Positions 1 through 7,885 of a DNA stretch of 60,458 bases are shown in pieces. A program made the translations under genes and the position numbers. Position 1 is the stretch's first letter; each line of letters starts with the position of its first letter. The DNA is taken from positions 1-60,458 of the forward strand of contig CAYZXU010000002.1 of assembly GCA_964482535.1 (NCBI GenBank). The letters are read 5' to 3'. Origin of the DNA: an uncultured Desulfobacteraceae bacterium. GTDB lineage: Bacteria; Desulfobacterota; Desulfobacteria; Desulfobacterales; BuS5. The notes under the pieces were generated by a model that was not told the DNA's origin, did not search any database, and saw only the letters and a list, made by a program, of their open reading frames with translations.

Positions 1-90
1 AACAAACTGCTTCAGCATGGTGTAATAAGCGATCAAGCAAAGCTGATGTCAGGGTACTGTCATTATTAAAAATTTGTGCCCAGTCCTTAA

Positions 91-270
91 AAGCATGTTA
101 AAAATTTTGCATTTATGATTGATACAAATCAGGAATGGATAGTTACGCCTGCATATGATCTTATGTATGCAAAAGGACCCGGCGGGGAACACTCCATGGA
201 TATATCAGGGGAAGGGCTTTCCCTTGGGAAACAAGAGGGTTGTCCAAAGTTCTTGTTGACTTCAGACTAA
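91..270 (+). pseudogene. HipA-family toxin kinase, C-terminal remnant
   Basis: Frame-1 translation from 91 reads KHVKNFAFMIDTNQEWIVTPAYDLMYAKGPGGEHSMDISGEGLSLGK... up to TAA 268-270. This fits the conserved HipA C-terminal pattern (H-x-KN-F-x-F ... W-x-V/L-T/S-PAYDL ... GEH-x-M). In-frame stops at 67-69 and 88-90 lie just upstream, so only about 59 codons survive. It is too short to appear in the ORF track and was recognised by eye only. Confidence 0.5.
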
Positions 271-319
271 ATTTGGTCTTAACATGGGTCATGTTTTAAT
301 TGAAAGAAGGGGATTGCAT

Positions 320-598
320 ATGAAGTTAAGCGCATCGATAAAACCCATAAGTTATTTTAAATCTCATGCTGCGGAAATTATCAGACGCATCTCAGAAAAC
401 CAGGAGTCAATGATTATTACCCAAAGAGGAGAGGCAAAGGCTGTAATTCAGGATATTCACAAATACGAACAAACCCAGGAAAGTCTCGCAATGCTGAAAA
501 TTCTGGCACAAAGTCGGAAAAGTTTAAATAAAGGAGATGTCAAACTTGCAGCCGATGTTTTCAACGAGCTGAAAACAAAAGATGATTCTCCATCATGA
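320..598 (+). CDS. Phd/YefM-family type II antitoxin
   Basis: 92 aa from ATG 320, preceded by AAGGGG at 307-312 with a 7-nt spacer. MKLSASIKPISYFKSHAAEIIRRISENQESMIITQRGEAKAVIQDIHKYEQTQESLAMLKIL has the typical Phd/YefM N-terminal pattern. The stop TGA 596-598 overlaps ATG 595 of the downstream ParE-like ORF (ATGA coupling). The ORF-track start at 284 is probably too far upstream. Confidence 0.8.
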   Translation: MKLSASIKPISYFKSHAAEIIRRISENQESMIITQRGEAKAVIQDIHKYEQTQESLAMLKILAQSRKSLNKGDVKLAADVFNELKTKDDSPS

Positions 599-783
599 GT
601 TTTACTGTCCATATAATAGGAGATGCTGAGAAAGATTTATATGAAATCTATAATTATGTCAGAAAATCGGACTTTCCGCTCAATGCCCAAAAAATATTTT
701 CACGGCTGAAACAGGCATGCCTCAGTCTTGCGGATAATCCGGAACGAGGGCATATTCCACCAGAGCTTGAAAGAATAGCGGCA
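595..783 (+). pseudogene. ParE/RelE-family toxin, 3'-truncated remnant
   Basis: The first ~62 codons (MSFTVHIIGDAEKDLYEIYNYVRKSDFPLNAQKIFSRLKQACLSLADNPERGHIPPELERIA) look like the N-terminal two thirds of a ParE toxin. The expected continuation (G-I-x-E-Y-R ... P-Y-R-I-I-Y ... H-G-x-R) is missing. The rest of the 104-codon ORF (to 909) is simply the antisense of the convergent HTH gene. Confidence 0.6.
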
Positions 784-1058
784 AGTTTTTTGGCAGTAGC
801 CAGGCTGATAGTTCTATTGCCACGTTCCATGTTGGAAATGATCTGGCGGGGAACTTTGCCTATTTTTTCGCCAAGTTGGGCCTGGGTCAGGTTATGGTTT
901 TTCCGGTAAATCCGCATTGCGTCGCCTGGGCTGGTTTGTGCTTTGATTTTTTTATACCAGTCCGTTTCAGTGGCTTCGACGTATTCGTCGTCTCCTTCAT
1001 AAATTTTCAATTCACCGCCATACTCCTTTACAAAAAAAATGCGCTGATAAAAGATCAT
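654..1058 (-). CDS. XRE-family helix-turn-helix protein (antitoxin-like); native 3' end apparently lost
   Basis: Residues ~43-96 (PGDAMRIYRKNHNLTQAQLGEKIGKVPRQIISNMERGNRTISLATAKKLAAIL) form a classical Cro/C1-type HTH. Recognisable similarity stops near nt 771. The remaining 38 codons (to 654) read through the antisense of the parE remnant. Confidence 0.55.
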   Translation of the reverse strand: MIFYQRIFFVKEYGGELKIYEGDDEYVEATETDWYKKIKAQTSPGDAMRIYRKNHNLTQAQLGEKIGKVPRQIISNMERGNRTISLATAKKLAAILSSSGGICPRSGLSARLRHACFSRENIFWALSGKSDFLT

Positions 1059-1096
1059 GTTTAAATTTTAATATATTTTTCTTATTTATGATCAAT

Positions 1097-1840
1097 TTAT
1101 TTTTTTAAAAAGCGTACTTTACATTTCAAACCTGCAGAGAGTTTATATGAAGGATTGGAAAGTTTCAGCCGTACGCCGAAAGTTCCGCTTGCAGCATCTA
1201 CTATTTGGTCCACAATCACAGCTCTTACTTTATACACACCACCTACCGGTGATTCCGGGCGAACCTCCGCAAGCATATTTTTTTTTATTAAATTGATTAA
1301 TTCAACCGGAACATTCACTTCAACATACAGCGGATTTATTTCAGCAATAGTCATTATTGAATCATCACCAATATATTCTCCGGGGGAACCGGTGCGTTCC
1401 ACAACAATGCCGCTTATGGGACTTCTTATAGTACGCAGTGTAAGCCTTTCTAGTTCTTCCTGAAGCTGCAGTTCCATAATCTTCAATTCCGTTTCAAGCT
1501 CATCTTTATCATGAACCGATATTAGCTGTTTGTCATAAAGCTCTTTGTTTCGTTCAAGCTTTCTTTTGCCGAATTCAACACGTGCACCGGCAAGATTAAC
1601 CGCTGCAGTTTCAACACCTGATTTTAACCTTGCAAGCACCTGGCCTTTTCTTATTCTATCACCTCTTTCCACTGTAATTTCATCTAATATGCCGGGAACC
1701 TGACTGCTGACATTTACGACTTCGCTGGGTTCAATAATGCCGTCAATTTCCACAAATTCAGAATCTGCAAATGACACCAGAGCCGGGAGAAATAAAAATA
1801 AAATAAAATAGACTAAAATTTTCTTATACCGAACAATCAT
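1097..1840 (-). CDS. small membrane-fusion (HlyD/RND-adaptor family) periplasmic adaptor
   Basis: There is a signal-anchor (KKILVYFILFLFLPALVSFA). It is followed by a lipoyl-like motif (VSSQVPGILDEITVERGDRIRKGQVLARL), a short coiled-coil hairpin, SPISGIVVER, and a beta-barrel region. ATG 1840 has AGGAG (1848-1852) 7 nt upstream, and that SD overlaps the SecA-like TAG stop (1851-1853). ATG 1846 and the ORF-track start at 1885 are alternatives. Confidence 0.8.
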   Translation of the reverse strand: MIVRYKKILVYFILFLFLPALVSFADSEFVEIDGIIEPSEVVNVSSQVPGILDEITVERGDRIRKGQVLARLKSGVETAAVNLAGARVEFGKRKLERNKELYDKQLISVHDKDELETELKIMELQLQEELERLTLRTIRSPISGIVVERTGSPGEYIGDDSIMTIAEINPLYVEVNVPVELINLIKKNMLAEVRPESPVGGVYKVRAVIVDQIVDAASGTFGVRLKLSNPSYKLSAGLKCKVRFLKK

Positions 1841-1850
1841 TTTCATACTC

Positions 1851-3839
1851 CTATTCAGATCTACCGGAAAAAGACAGCATGTCACCGATTCTCTCCACCT
1901 GCTTAAATAAATGCTTTCTTATTTTTCCATGTTGTTTTTCAACCTTTTTTTGAGCATATATAATCGCAAATTTCCCGGCAAGTGTCCAGGCCGGAATCCT
2001 GAAACGCATCATTATAAGGGTGATAAAACTAAAAACCGAAAATTCCCTTTGAACCAGGTGATCCTCCATTGAGAGAAAAGGCTCAAAACTTCCGGGATCT
2101 CCCTGACGGGCGCAACGACCTTGAAGCTGCCTGTCAATACGGGCAGCATCATGTTTTTCTGTTAAAATTACGTGAAGACCCTTATTTTTTGCAACGCTTT
2201 TCTTTAGGATAATATCAGTTCCCCGGCCAGCCATGTTTGTGGCAATGGTAATACACCCGGGCTGCCCTGCTTCAGCAATAATATTTGCCTCTTCTTTATC
2301 CTGCCTTGCATTTAATACACGGTGTTTGATTCCTTCCCGGGCAAGAAGAAAACTGACACGCTCGGAAGCTGCAACGGAACGTGTTCCTGTTAGAACAGGT
2401 CTTCCATCGTTTTGCATTTGTTTAAGACGTTTTACTACAGCCTGCCACTTTAATTCTTCTGTTGGAAAAATTTTGTCACGATAACTGTCCCTGATCACAG
2501 GGCGGTTTGTGGGGATGCTGATAACCGGCAATTCATATACATGCCACAGCTCATTTTTAACCTCCATGGCTGTTCCAGTCATTCCAGACAGATTCAGATA
2601 CCGCCTGAAAAAACTCTGATAACTTATTTTGGATAGAGACTCCCGCTGTTTTGTCACTTCGCACCCTTCTTTTAATTCAATAAGCTGGTGCAGACCTTTT
2701 TCCCATGAACGGTCGGGCATTAATCTTCCTGTAAATTCATCAATAATATGAATTTTATTGTCCTGGATCAGGTAATGTTCATCCCTGTGGAAGAAATGCA
2801 AGGCTGTCAGGGCTTTTTGAATGATATCTTCTCTTCTTATGGTTCCGGTCCATAAATGCCCCAGGGCTTCGGTCTTTTCAATAATTAGAAGTTTTCCTTT
2901 TTTTGTAAGCTTAATCAGTTGCTGGGAACGATCAATGATATAGTCGGTTCCTTCAAGGATCTCACCGGCAATTGAAATAGCCTGTTCCATAAAAAGCTGC
3001 TCATCTTTTCCCCCTGATGTTCCTGAAATAATTAAAGGCGTTCTTGCTTCATCAATAAGAATACTGTCTGCCTCATCAACAATTGCAAAACAAAGACCTC
3101 TTTGAAGAAGACGACGGGATTTTGAGTTATTGCTGCAGATATTTTCAGCCTGCAAGTAAAGATGATGCCCTCTGTTTTCTAATGTTATCCTGTCCCTCAG
3201 ATAATCAAATACAACATCTTTATTGGTACAATAAGTAACATCACACTGATAAGCCTCTCTGCGTGCATCGGGCTCAAGTTCATGGGTAATGCAGCCGACT
3301 GTAAGGCCGAGAGCCCTGTAGACAGGCCCCATTGATTCGGCATCCCTTGCAGTAAGGTAATCGTTTATGCTGATAACATGAACAGGTATTCCGGCAAGTG
3401 CAGCGGTGCCTGCTGCAAGAGTTGCGGTAAGCGTTTTTCCTTCGCCGGTTGCCATTTCAGCTACCATTCCGTTCAAGAGAACCCATCCTCCAATAATCTG
3501 AACATTATAATGTTTCATATTGATTGTTCTGCCTGCGATTTCCCGGATTAAGGAAAAAGATTGTGCTGACAAATCTTCTTCAAATCCTTTTTTATGGAGT
3601 TCTAAACGCAGATCAGCAATCATGGTTTTCAACTGTTTGTCGGATTTTTTCATTAAACCGGATGAATATGCTTCCACAAGAGAAACAAAACGTTTGCGGT
3701 TTATGCCTCCGGAAGAAGAATAAACATAAAGTCCTTTTATTATTCCTGCAACCACATCAAAAGGACCTGATCGTTTACTTTTTTTTTCAGGACGAAAATT
3801 AACAGTGGCCGGAGGATATGAAGAGACAATGGTTTTCAT
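1851..3839 (-). CDS. SecA-family motor ATPase, C-terminally truncated paralogue (662 aa)
   Basis: Near-canonical SecA motor motifs are present: MATGEGKTL (GEGKT = 3432..3446), AIVDEADSILIDEARTPLIISG, HIIDEFTGRLMPDRSWEKGLHQLIELKEG, SYQSFFRRYLNLSGMTGTA, IPTNRP, ATNMAGRGTDI, RIDRQLQGRCARQGDPG and LSMEDHL. The protein ends 17 residues after AQKKVEKQHGKIRKHLF, which corresponds to the start of the SecA helical scaffold. The wing domain, two-helix finger and Zn-binding tail are therefore absent. Confidence 0.85.
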   Translation of the reverse strand: MKTIVSSYPPATVNFRPEKKSKRSGPFDVVAGIIKGLYVYSSSGGINRKRFVSLVEAYSSGLMKKSDKQLKTMIADLRLELHKKGFEEDLSAQSFSLIREIAGRTINMKHYNVQIIGGWVLLNGMVAEMATGEGKTLTATLAAGTAALAGIPVHVISINDYLTARDAESMGPVYRALGLTVGCITHELEPDARREAYQCDVTYCTNKDVVFDYLRDRITLENRGHHLYLQAENICSNNSKSRRLLQRGLCFAIVDEADSILIDEARTPLIISGTSGGKDEQLFMEQAISIAGEILEGTDYIIDRSQQLIKLTKKGKLLIIEKTEALGHLWTGTIRREDIIQKALTALHFFHRDEHYLIQDNKIHIIDEFTGRLMPDRSWEKGLHQLIELKEGCEVTKQRESLSKISYQSFFRRYLNLSGMTGTAMEVKNELWHVYELPVISIPTNRPVIRDSYRDKIFPTEELKWQAVVKRLKQMQNDGRPVLTGTRSVAASERVSFLLAREGIKHRVLNARQDKEEANIIAEAGQPGCITIATNMAGRGTDIILKKSVAKNKGLHVILTEKHDAARIDRQLQGRCARQGDPGSFEPFLSMEDHLVQREFSVFSFITLIMMRFRIPAWTLAGKFAIIYAQKKVEKQHGKIRKHLFKQVERIGDMLSFSGRSE

Positions 3840-3844
3840 AATAA

Positions 3845-5998
3845 TTAAATATTGAATTTATTAAGAAGCAGACGACGGAAATCCCGATACCACCGAAAAA
3901 CAAGGGGTTCCGGTTCGTGTTCAAAACGCACATACACCCTTTCGCCGACTCTGTTAACGAAAACACCTTCCAATTCTATTTCTATTTGAAATAATCTTTC
4001 AAATGCCTTTGGTTTATTATTTTGTCTTGGATCGAGAACAATATCGCCTCCGCCTTCTGAACTGAACGCCATGCTTGGCAGATCTTCAGAAGCTGCGGGC
4101 ACCACTCTTTTTATTGTTGATGGAATAATTTTTTTCATATTACCGGCGAGTCTTGATTCTACTTTTATAGAACTTTGAAACACCCTGTCCGCTTTGGTCT
4201 GGGATATGATAACAAGTGCGGTAGCATCATCCGAATCATTTATAACAAACCCTAATTGTTCGCCTCTTTGAATAAAACGTCCTGGGAGATCCTGAGAAGA
4301 CATGGGCAATAAAAATATTCCGTCTTTAGGACTGTAAATCGTCAATTCCCCGCTTCGTTCCATTGCCCTTTTTAATTCCGCATTTACCCTTTTTATTTCA
4401 TCATTTAAAATGTCCGCCTCAGTTCTGTTTTCTATCATGCTTTTCATATGCATCAACTTCAATTCTAAAAGTTTGGCCTTTAATTTTTTGACCCGGACAA
4501 CAAGTTCAAGATTTTCACAGATGATAAGGGGAGCGCCTGCTTTGACTTTTTCACCGGAAACGGCAGCAACCTCTTTAATAAACCCACTGGTTTTTATGTG
4601 GATTCTGGATTGTTCAGGCGGCCATAATACTCCCTGGGCATCAGTAATATAGCTCATGGGAACAATAATGAACAGGGGAGGAATCAAAAGACAAACAGTA
4701 AACAGGATTATTTTTAAAATGCGTTTTTGTTTTTTTTTAAAGCTGTAATTCATAATAAGATATTTGACACCCCTGAATGCCGGCATGACCAGCATGGTGA
4801 ATCCGCACCATAACGCAAGCAGGATCCCGATTAAAAAAAATTTGCCGGCAACCATTATGATGATTCTTATGGAGATAAAGATTCTGTATATGAATGCCGC
4901 AACACCGTATATCCCCATTAATAATGCTTCGCCTTTTGCGGTTGCCGGAGATTGAGCAGCTTTATCTTCAAGTAGATAGCGGCGTAAAAGATAACCGATA
5001 TACTGATTGCTGCGGGTTCCCATATTGGGGATTTCCAGATAATCCGAAAGAACATAATATGCATCAAACCGAAGAAGAGGATTCCCATTGAACAGCAGGG
5101 TGGAAATACTTGCTACAAGAATAATGTTATAAGTAATTGCGCGAATATTTCCAGGCTCAATATTTACCCATATTATTAAAGCAAGGGCTGCAATAAAAAG
5201 TTCGCATAAAATACCTGCTGCACCTACCAGCATGCGTTTTTTTTTGTCGGAAAATGCAATGGAAGCTGATGCATCCATATAGGGTATAGGCATAAAAACA
5301 AGCAGCATAATACCCATAACATGAACTTCACCACCCCATTTTTTTACGGCATAGGCATGGGCAAATTCATGAAAAAGTTTTAAAACAGGGTATACAAACC
5401 AGAGCAGCATTAAATTTTGTGCGCTTAAAGCCCTGTCAATGATATTCAAAGTAAGATCATTCCAGTGTACCATTAGAATTGATAGAGCATACAAAACAAT
5501 GGTCAACCAGATTATTGCCCCTGAAATACTGAAAACACTTTTCCCGATTAAGGCGGTTTTGTTTAAAAACCTGTCAGGATCAAAAATCGGCAACTGTATA
5601 CTTACCGGCGATTTCAGTATATTCATCATCCCTTTTCGTTTTTCCTGCTTAAAACGATAGTGAAGATTCGCAATATCGGAAGGCAGATCGGATTGTATGG
5701 CATCTACACTGTGAAGCTGGGAAAGCAGATTTATAACTTCGTCCTGGGTAGGCATATCGTCACCAAGATGTTCACATGCCTGTTCCCATATCCGGTTAAG
5801 AGTATTTTTGCCATCCATAAAACCGATGATATAATAGGCTTCCGGTGAAAAACGATGAAATTTTCCCGTGGAATTATCCTGAAGAATATACCAGTCTTCA
5901 TCGCGGTACGTGTGGCGATGAATTTTAACATGGCTGCGTAATATCGGTTTAATCGATTCAACACGGTACCATGACTGGCTGAAAAGCGTTTCGCTCAT
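3845..5998 (-). CDS. PqqD-like domain - M50/site-2-protease-like polytopic metalloprotease - HlyD fusion (717 aa)
   Basis: Residues ~15-100 show a PqqD/RRE-like pattern (KPILRSHVKIHRHTYRDEDWYILQDNSTGKFHRFSPEAYYIIGFMDGKNTLNRIWEQ...). Several hydrophobic TM segments follow. The HExxH motif is HEFAH at 5357..5371, within a hydrophobic stretch, and the second S2P motif is NGNPLLRFDAYY (aa 304-315). A last TM (ILFTVCLLIPPLFIIVPM) precedes a ~250-aa MFP-type region (VSGEKVKAGAPLIICENLEL ... KLKAKLLELKLMHMKS ... ELTIYSPKDGIFLLP). Confidence 0.8.
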   Translation of the reverse strand: MSETLFSQSWYRVESIKPILRSHVKIHRHTYRDEDWYILQDNSTGKFHRFSPEAYYIIGFMDGKNTLNRIWEQACEHLGDDMPTQDEVINLLSQLHSVDAIQSDLPSDIANLHYRFKQEKRKGMMNILKSPVSIQLPIFDPDRFLNKTALIGKSVFSISGAIIWLTIVLYALSILMVHWNDLTLNIIDRALSAQNLMLLWFVYPVLKLFHEFAHAYAVKKWGGEVHVMGIMLLVFMPIPYMDASASIAFSDKKKRMLVGAAGILCELFIAALALIIWVNIEPGNIRAITYNIILVASISTLLFNGNPLLRFDAYYVLSDYLEIPNMGTRSNQYIGYLLRRYLLEDKAAQSPATAKGEALLMGIYGVAAFIYRIFISIRIIIMVAGKFFLIGILLALWCGFTMLVMPAFRGVKYLIMNYSFKKKQKRILKIILFTVCLLIPPLFIIVPMSYITDAQGVLWPPEQSRIHIKTSGFIKEVAAVSGEKVKAGAPLIICENLELVVRVKKLKAKLLELKLMHMKSMIENRTEADILNDEIKRVNAELKRAMERSGELTIYSPKDGIFLLPMSSQDLPGRFIQRGEQLGFVINDSDDATALVIISQTKADRVFQSSIKVESRLAGNMKKIIPSTIKRVVPAASEDLPSMAFSSEGGGDIVLDPRQNNKPKAFERLFQIEIELEGVFVNRVGERVYVRFEHEPEPLVFRWYRDFRRLLLNKFNI

Positions 5999-6028
5999 TA
6001 TATTATTTTTTCCCCTTTGAGCGAGCCC

Positions 6029-7885
6029 TTATGGAAGCCATGACCATGTCCAAAGGATAAACCATTCTCTAAGATCTTTTGTCCAGATACCTATTAGTTT
6101 TCGCCTGTCCACATATATCTTGCCGACACCTTCCATGCCCGGTCTGAGCGGGGTGGAATCGGATTCGATTCGTGCCTCAACCCGGAAACTGTTTTGCCCT
6201 TCTTCTGCTATTGTTATGGGGGTAATTTTACTGACTTTAAAATTAAAATGTTTTTCAGGAAAAGAAAAAAGGAGAAGAGTTCCGGACTGGTTTTCCTTAA
6301 TATCGGAAATGCGTTTTTCATCAATTTTTAAAATAATTCTGTATGAATCAAGTGGCGCGATTTCAAAAAGCATCTCCCCTTGCTGCACAGGTCCGCCAAA
6401 CTTCTGGGAAAGATCTCCAGAAACAAGTATTCCCTTAAAAGGCGCTTTTATTAAAGTTCGTGCAAGCTGATTTTCGACAAGTTCAAGTTCTGCATCTGTC
6501 TGCTTAATACGAGCATTGATAATATTAACTTCAGCCCGATTATGATCGGCAAGAGCTTCCTGGTGTTTACTTTTTAATTGTGATTTTTCACTTAACAGGC
6601 TTATGCGTTCTAATCTCAGGTCCCTGTCATCAAGGACGCACAGCACTGTGTTTTTGTTTACAATATCCCCTGCGCGAAAGCTGGATTCTTCCACAAAACC
6701 GTTAAAGGGAGCAGCAACAATACGACGAATTTCTCCTTCAAGGACAGCATCGGCTGAAATTCTGTAATCTCCGTTTTTATAACCAAAAAAAACAATTAAA
6801 CATATAAGCATGGTAACAAAAATTTTTCTCCCGGGATATCCTGTCCCTGTCAAGCGGATGATCTGATTTTTTAATGATTCTTTTATTTTTAAAAAAAGGT
6901 GACGATCATTTTTTCGTTTATCTTCAAGGGCCGGACCTGCAAGAGAAATAACGCCGGTGCAAAATTCCAGATCAACTTCGGTAAATGGAAATTCATGAGG
7001 ACGTTCAAGTGTTAATGCTCCAAAATAGCAATCGTTTCCGAACAGGGGAATAGTTAAAATTGATCCTGAACCATGCCCTTTGGAAAGCAGGTCATGGTCA
7101 CGTATTATTATGGCGCTTTTCTCGTCCTGATAGTCGGGAAAAATAATTTCCCGGCGTTGAACAACAGCTTCATCCATTGCTTTTTCAATATCACGAATAA
7201 GATTCATTCGCTCGCCGAATTTGGAACTGTGGGACAGCGCCTGAATCCGCATTCTGTTTTTTTTTACAAACCCGATGCTTACCCTGTCACATTTCAGTTG
7301 CGTAGCAAGTTTTGTAACAAAAGCCATTGCAGATCCTTCAAACCTGTCTTCCGCAAAAGCTTCCGCAAGAAGTGTAACAGCAGATGTTAATCGACCAAGA
7401 GCCGCTTCTTCTTCCCTGGAACGTTCCCTGCGAAATAAAAGCTCCAGCCAGGAAATACCCCATTGAAGCTGTTCCATTGCATATTTTAATTCTTCTTCCG
7501 TTCTGGCGGATATTTCAACAGCCACAGAGCCGAAAAGTTCCAGGTCAACCAATACAGGATATCCAAGACCAAAATTAGAAGAGGAATCATTATCCAGCTC
7601 AATCAAAAGGCCGCAACGTTTTTCAAGCACTCTTTCCAATAAATCGGCAAGCTGTTTGGGATCACCTCCCTTTTCAGGCCATTTTGATACTGGTTCATAG
7701 GATTTTTTTGATTCCGGACTCCCAATAACCAGTACGCTGGAAACAATATTCGGGATCAGAAGAGACTGAAGAGCTAACCAGTTATGAAAATATTCATCCC
7801 TGTTTTGGGTTTTAGAAAATCTGCTCCATATTTCTGAAAAACCATCTTTCTTATTTTCTACACTGATTGCTGATTTTTGATCCAT
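6029..7885 (-). CDS. tandem GAF-like sensor - TM - HlyD/MFP fusion (619 aa)
   Basis: ATG 7885 has GGGG (7894-7897) 8 nt upstream; the ORF-track start at 7951 adds 22 weakly supported codons. The cytoplasmic half has two GAF-like halves; the second one (MAFVTKLATQLKCDRVSIGFVKK ... GSILTIPLFGNDCYFGALTLERPHEFPFTEVDLEF) is clear. One TM (IFVTMLICLIVFFGY) follows, then HlyD-type lipoyl, coiled-coil and barrel regions (APFNGFVEESSFRAGDIVNKNTVLCVLDD ... LIKAPFKGILVSGD). Confidence 0.75.
   Translation of the reverse strand: MDQKSAISVENKKDGFSEIWSRFSKTQNRDEYFHNWLALQSLLIPNIVSSVLVIGSPESKKSYEPVSKWPEKGGDPKQLADLLERVLEKRCGLLIELDNDSSSNFGLGYPVLVDLELFGSVAVEISARTEEELKYAMEQLQWGISWLELLFRRERSREEEAALGRLTSAVTLLAEAFAEDRFEGSAMAFVTKLATQLKCDRVSIGFVKKNRMRIQALSHSSKFGERMNLIRDIEKAMDEAVVQRREIIFPDYQDEKSAIIIRDHDLLSKGHGSGSILTIPLFGNDCYFGALTLERPHEFPFTEVDLEFCTGVISLAGPALEDKRKNDRHLFLKIKESLKNQIIRLTGTGYPGRKIFVTMLICLIVFFGYKNGDYRISADAVLEGEIRRIVAAPFNGFVEESSFRAGDIVNKNTVLCVLDDRDLRLERISLLSEKSQLKSKHQEALADHNRAEVNIINARIKQTDAELELVENQLARTLIKAPFKGILVSGDLSQKFGGPVQQGEMLFEIAPLDSYRIILKIDEKRISDIKENQSGTLLLFSFPEKHFNFKVSKITPITIAEEGQNSFRVEARIESDSTPLRPGMEGVGKIYVDRRKLIGIWTKDLREWFILWTWSWLP

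Noticed and set aside
1-69. A frame-1 open reading frame running in from the left edge (NKLLQHGVISDQAKLMSGYCHY, stop at 67-69).
   Set aside because: It is too short and I cannot assign it to any family. It could be another gene fragment, but there is no support either way.
256-284. TTGACT-N17-TTAACA as a promoter for the phd antitoxin.
   Set aside because: The -10 hexamer is a poor match to TATAAT, so I am not confident enough to call it.
595-909. The 104-aa ORF, taken as an intact ParE/RelE toxin.
   Set aside because: Only the first ~62 residues resemble ParE. The remainder is the antisense of the XRE-HTH gene and lacks the conserved C-terminal toxin motifs.
1155-7578. Plus-strand ORFs inside the minus-strand operon genes (e.g. 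1155..1463, 2233..2484, 3524..3802, 4410..4652, 6120..6470, 7073..7390).
   Set aside because: All are embedded antisense in genes with clear family motifs, and their own translations have no recognisable features.
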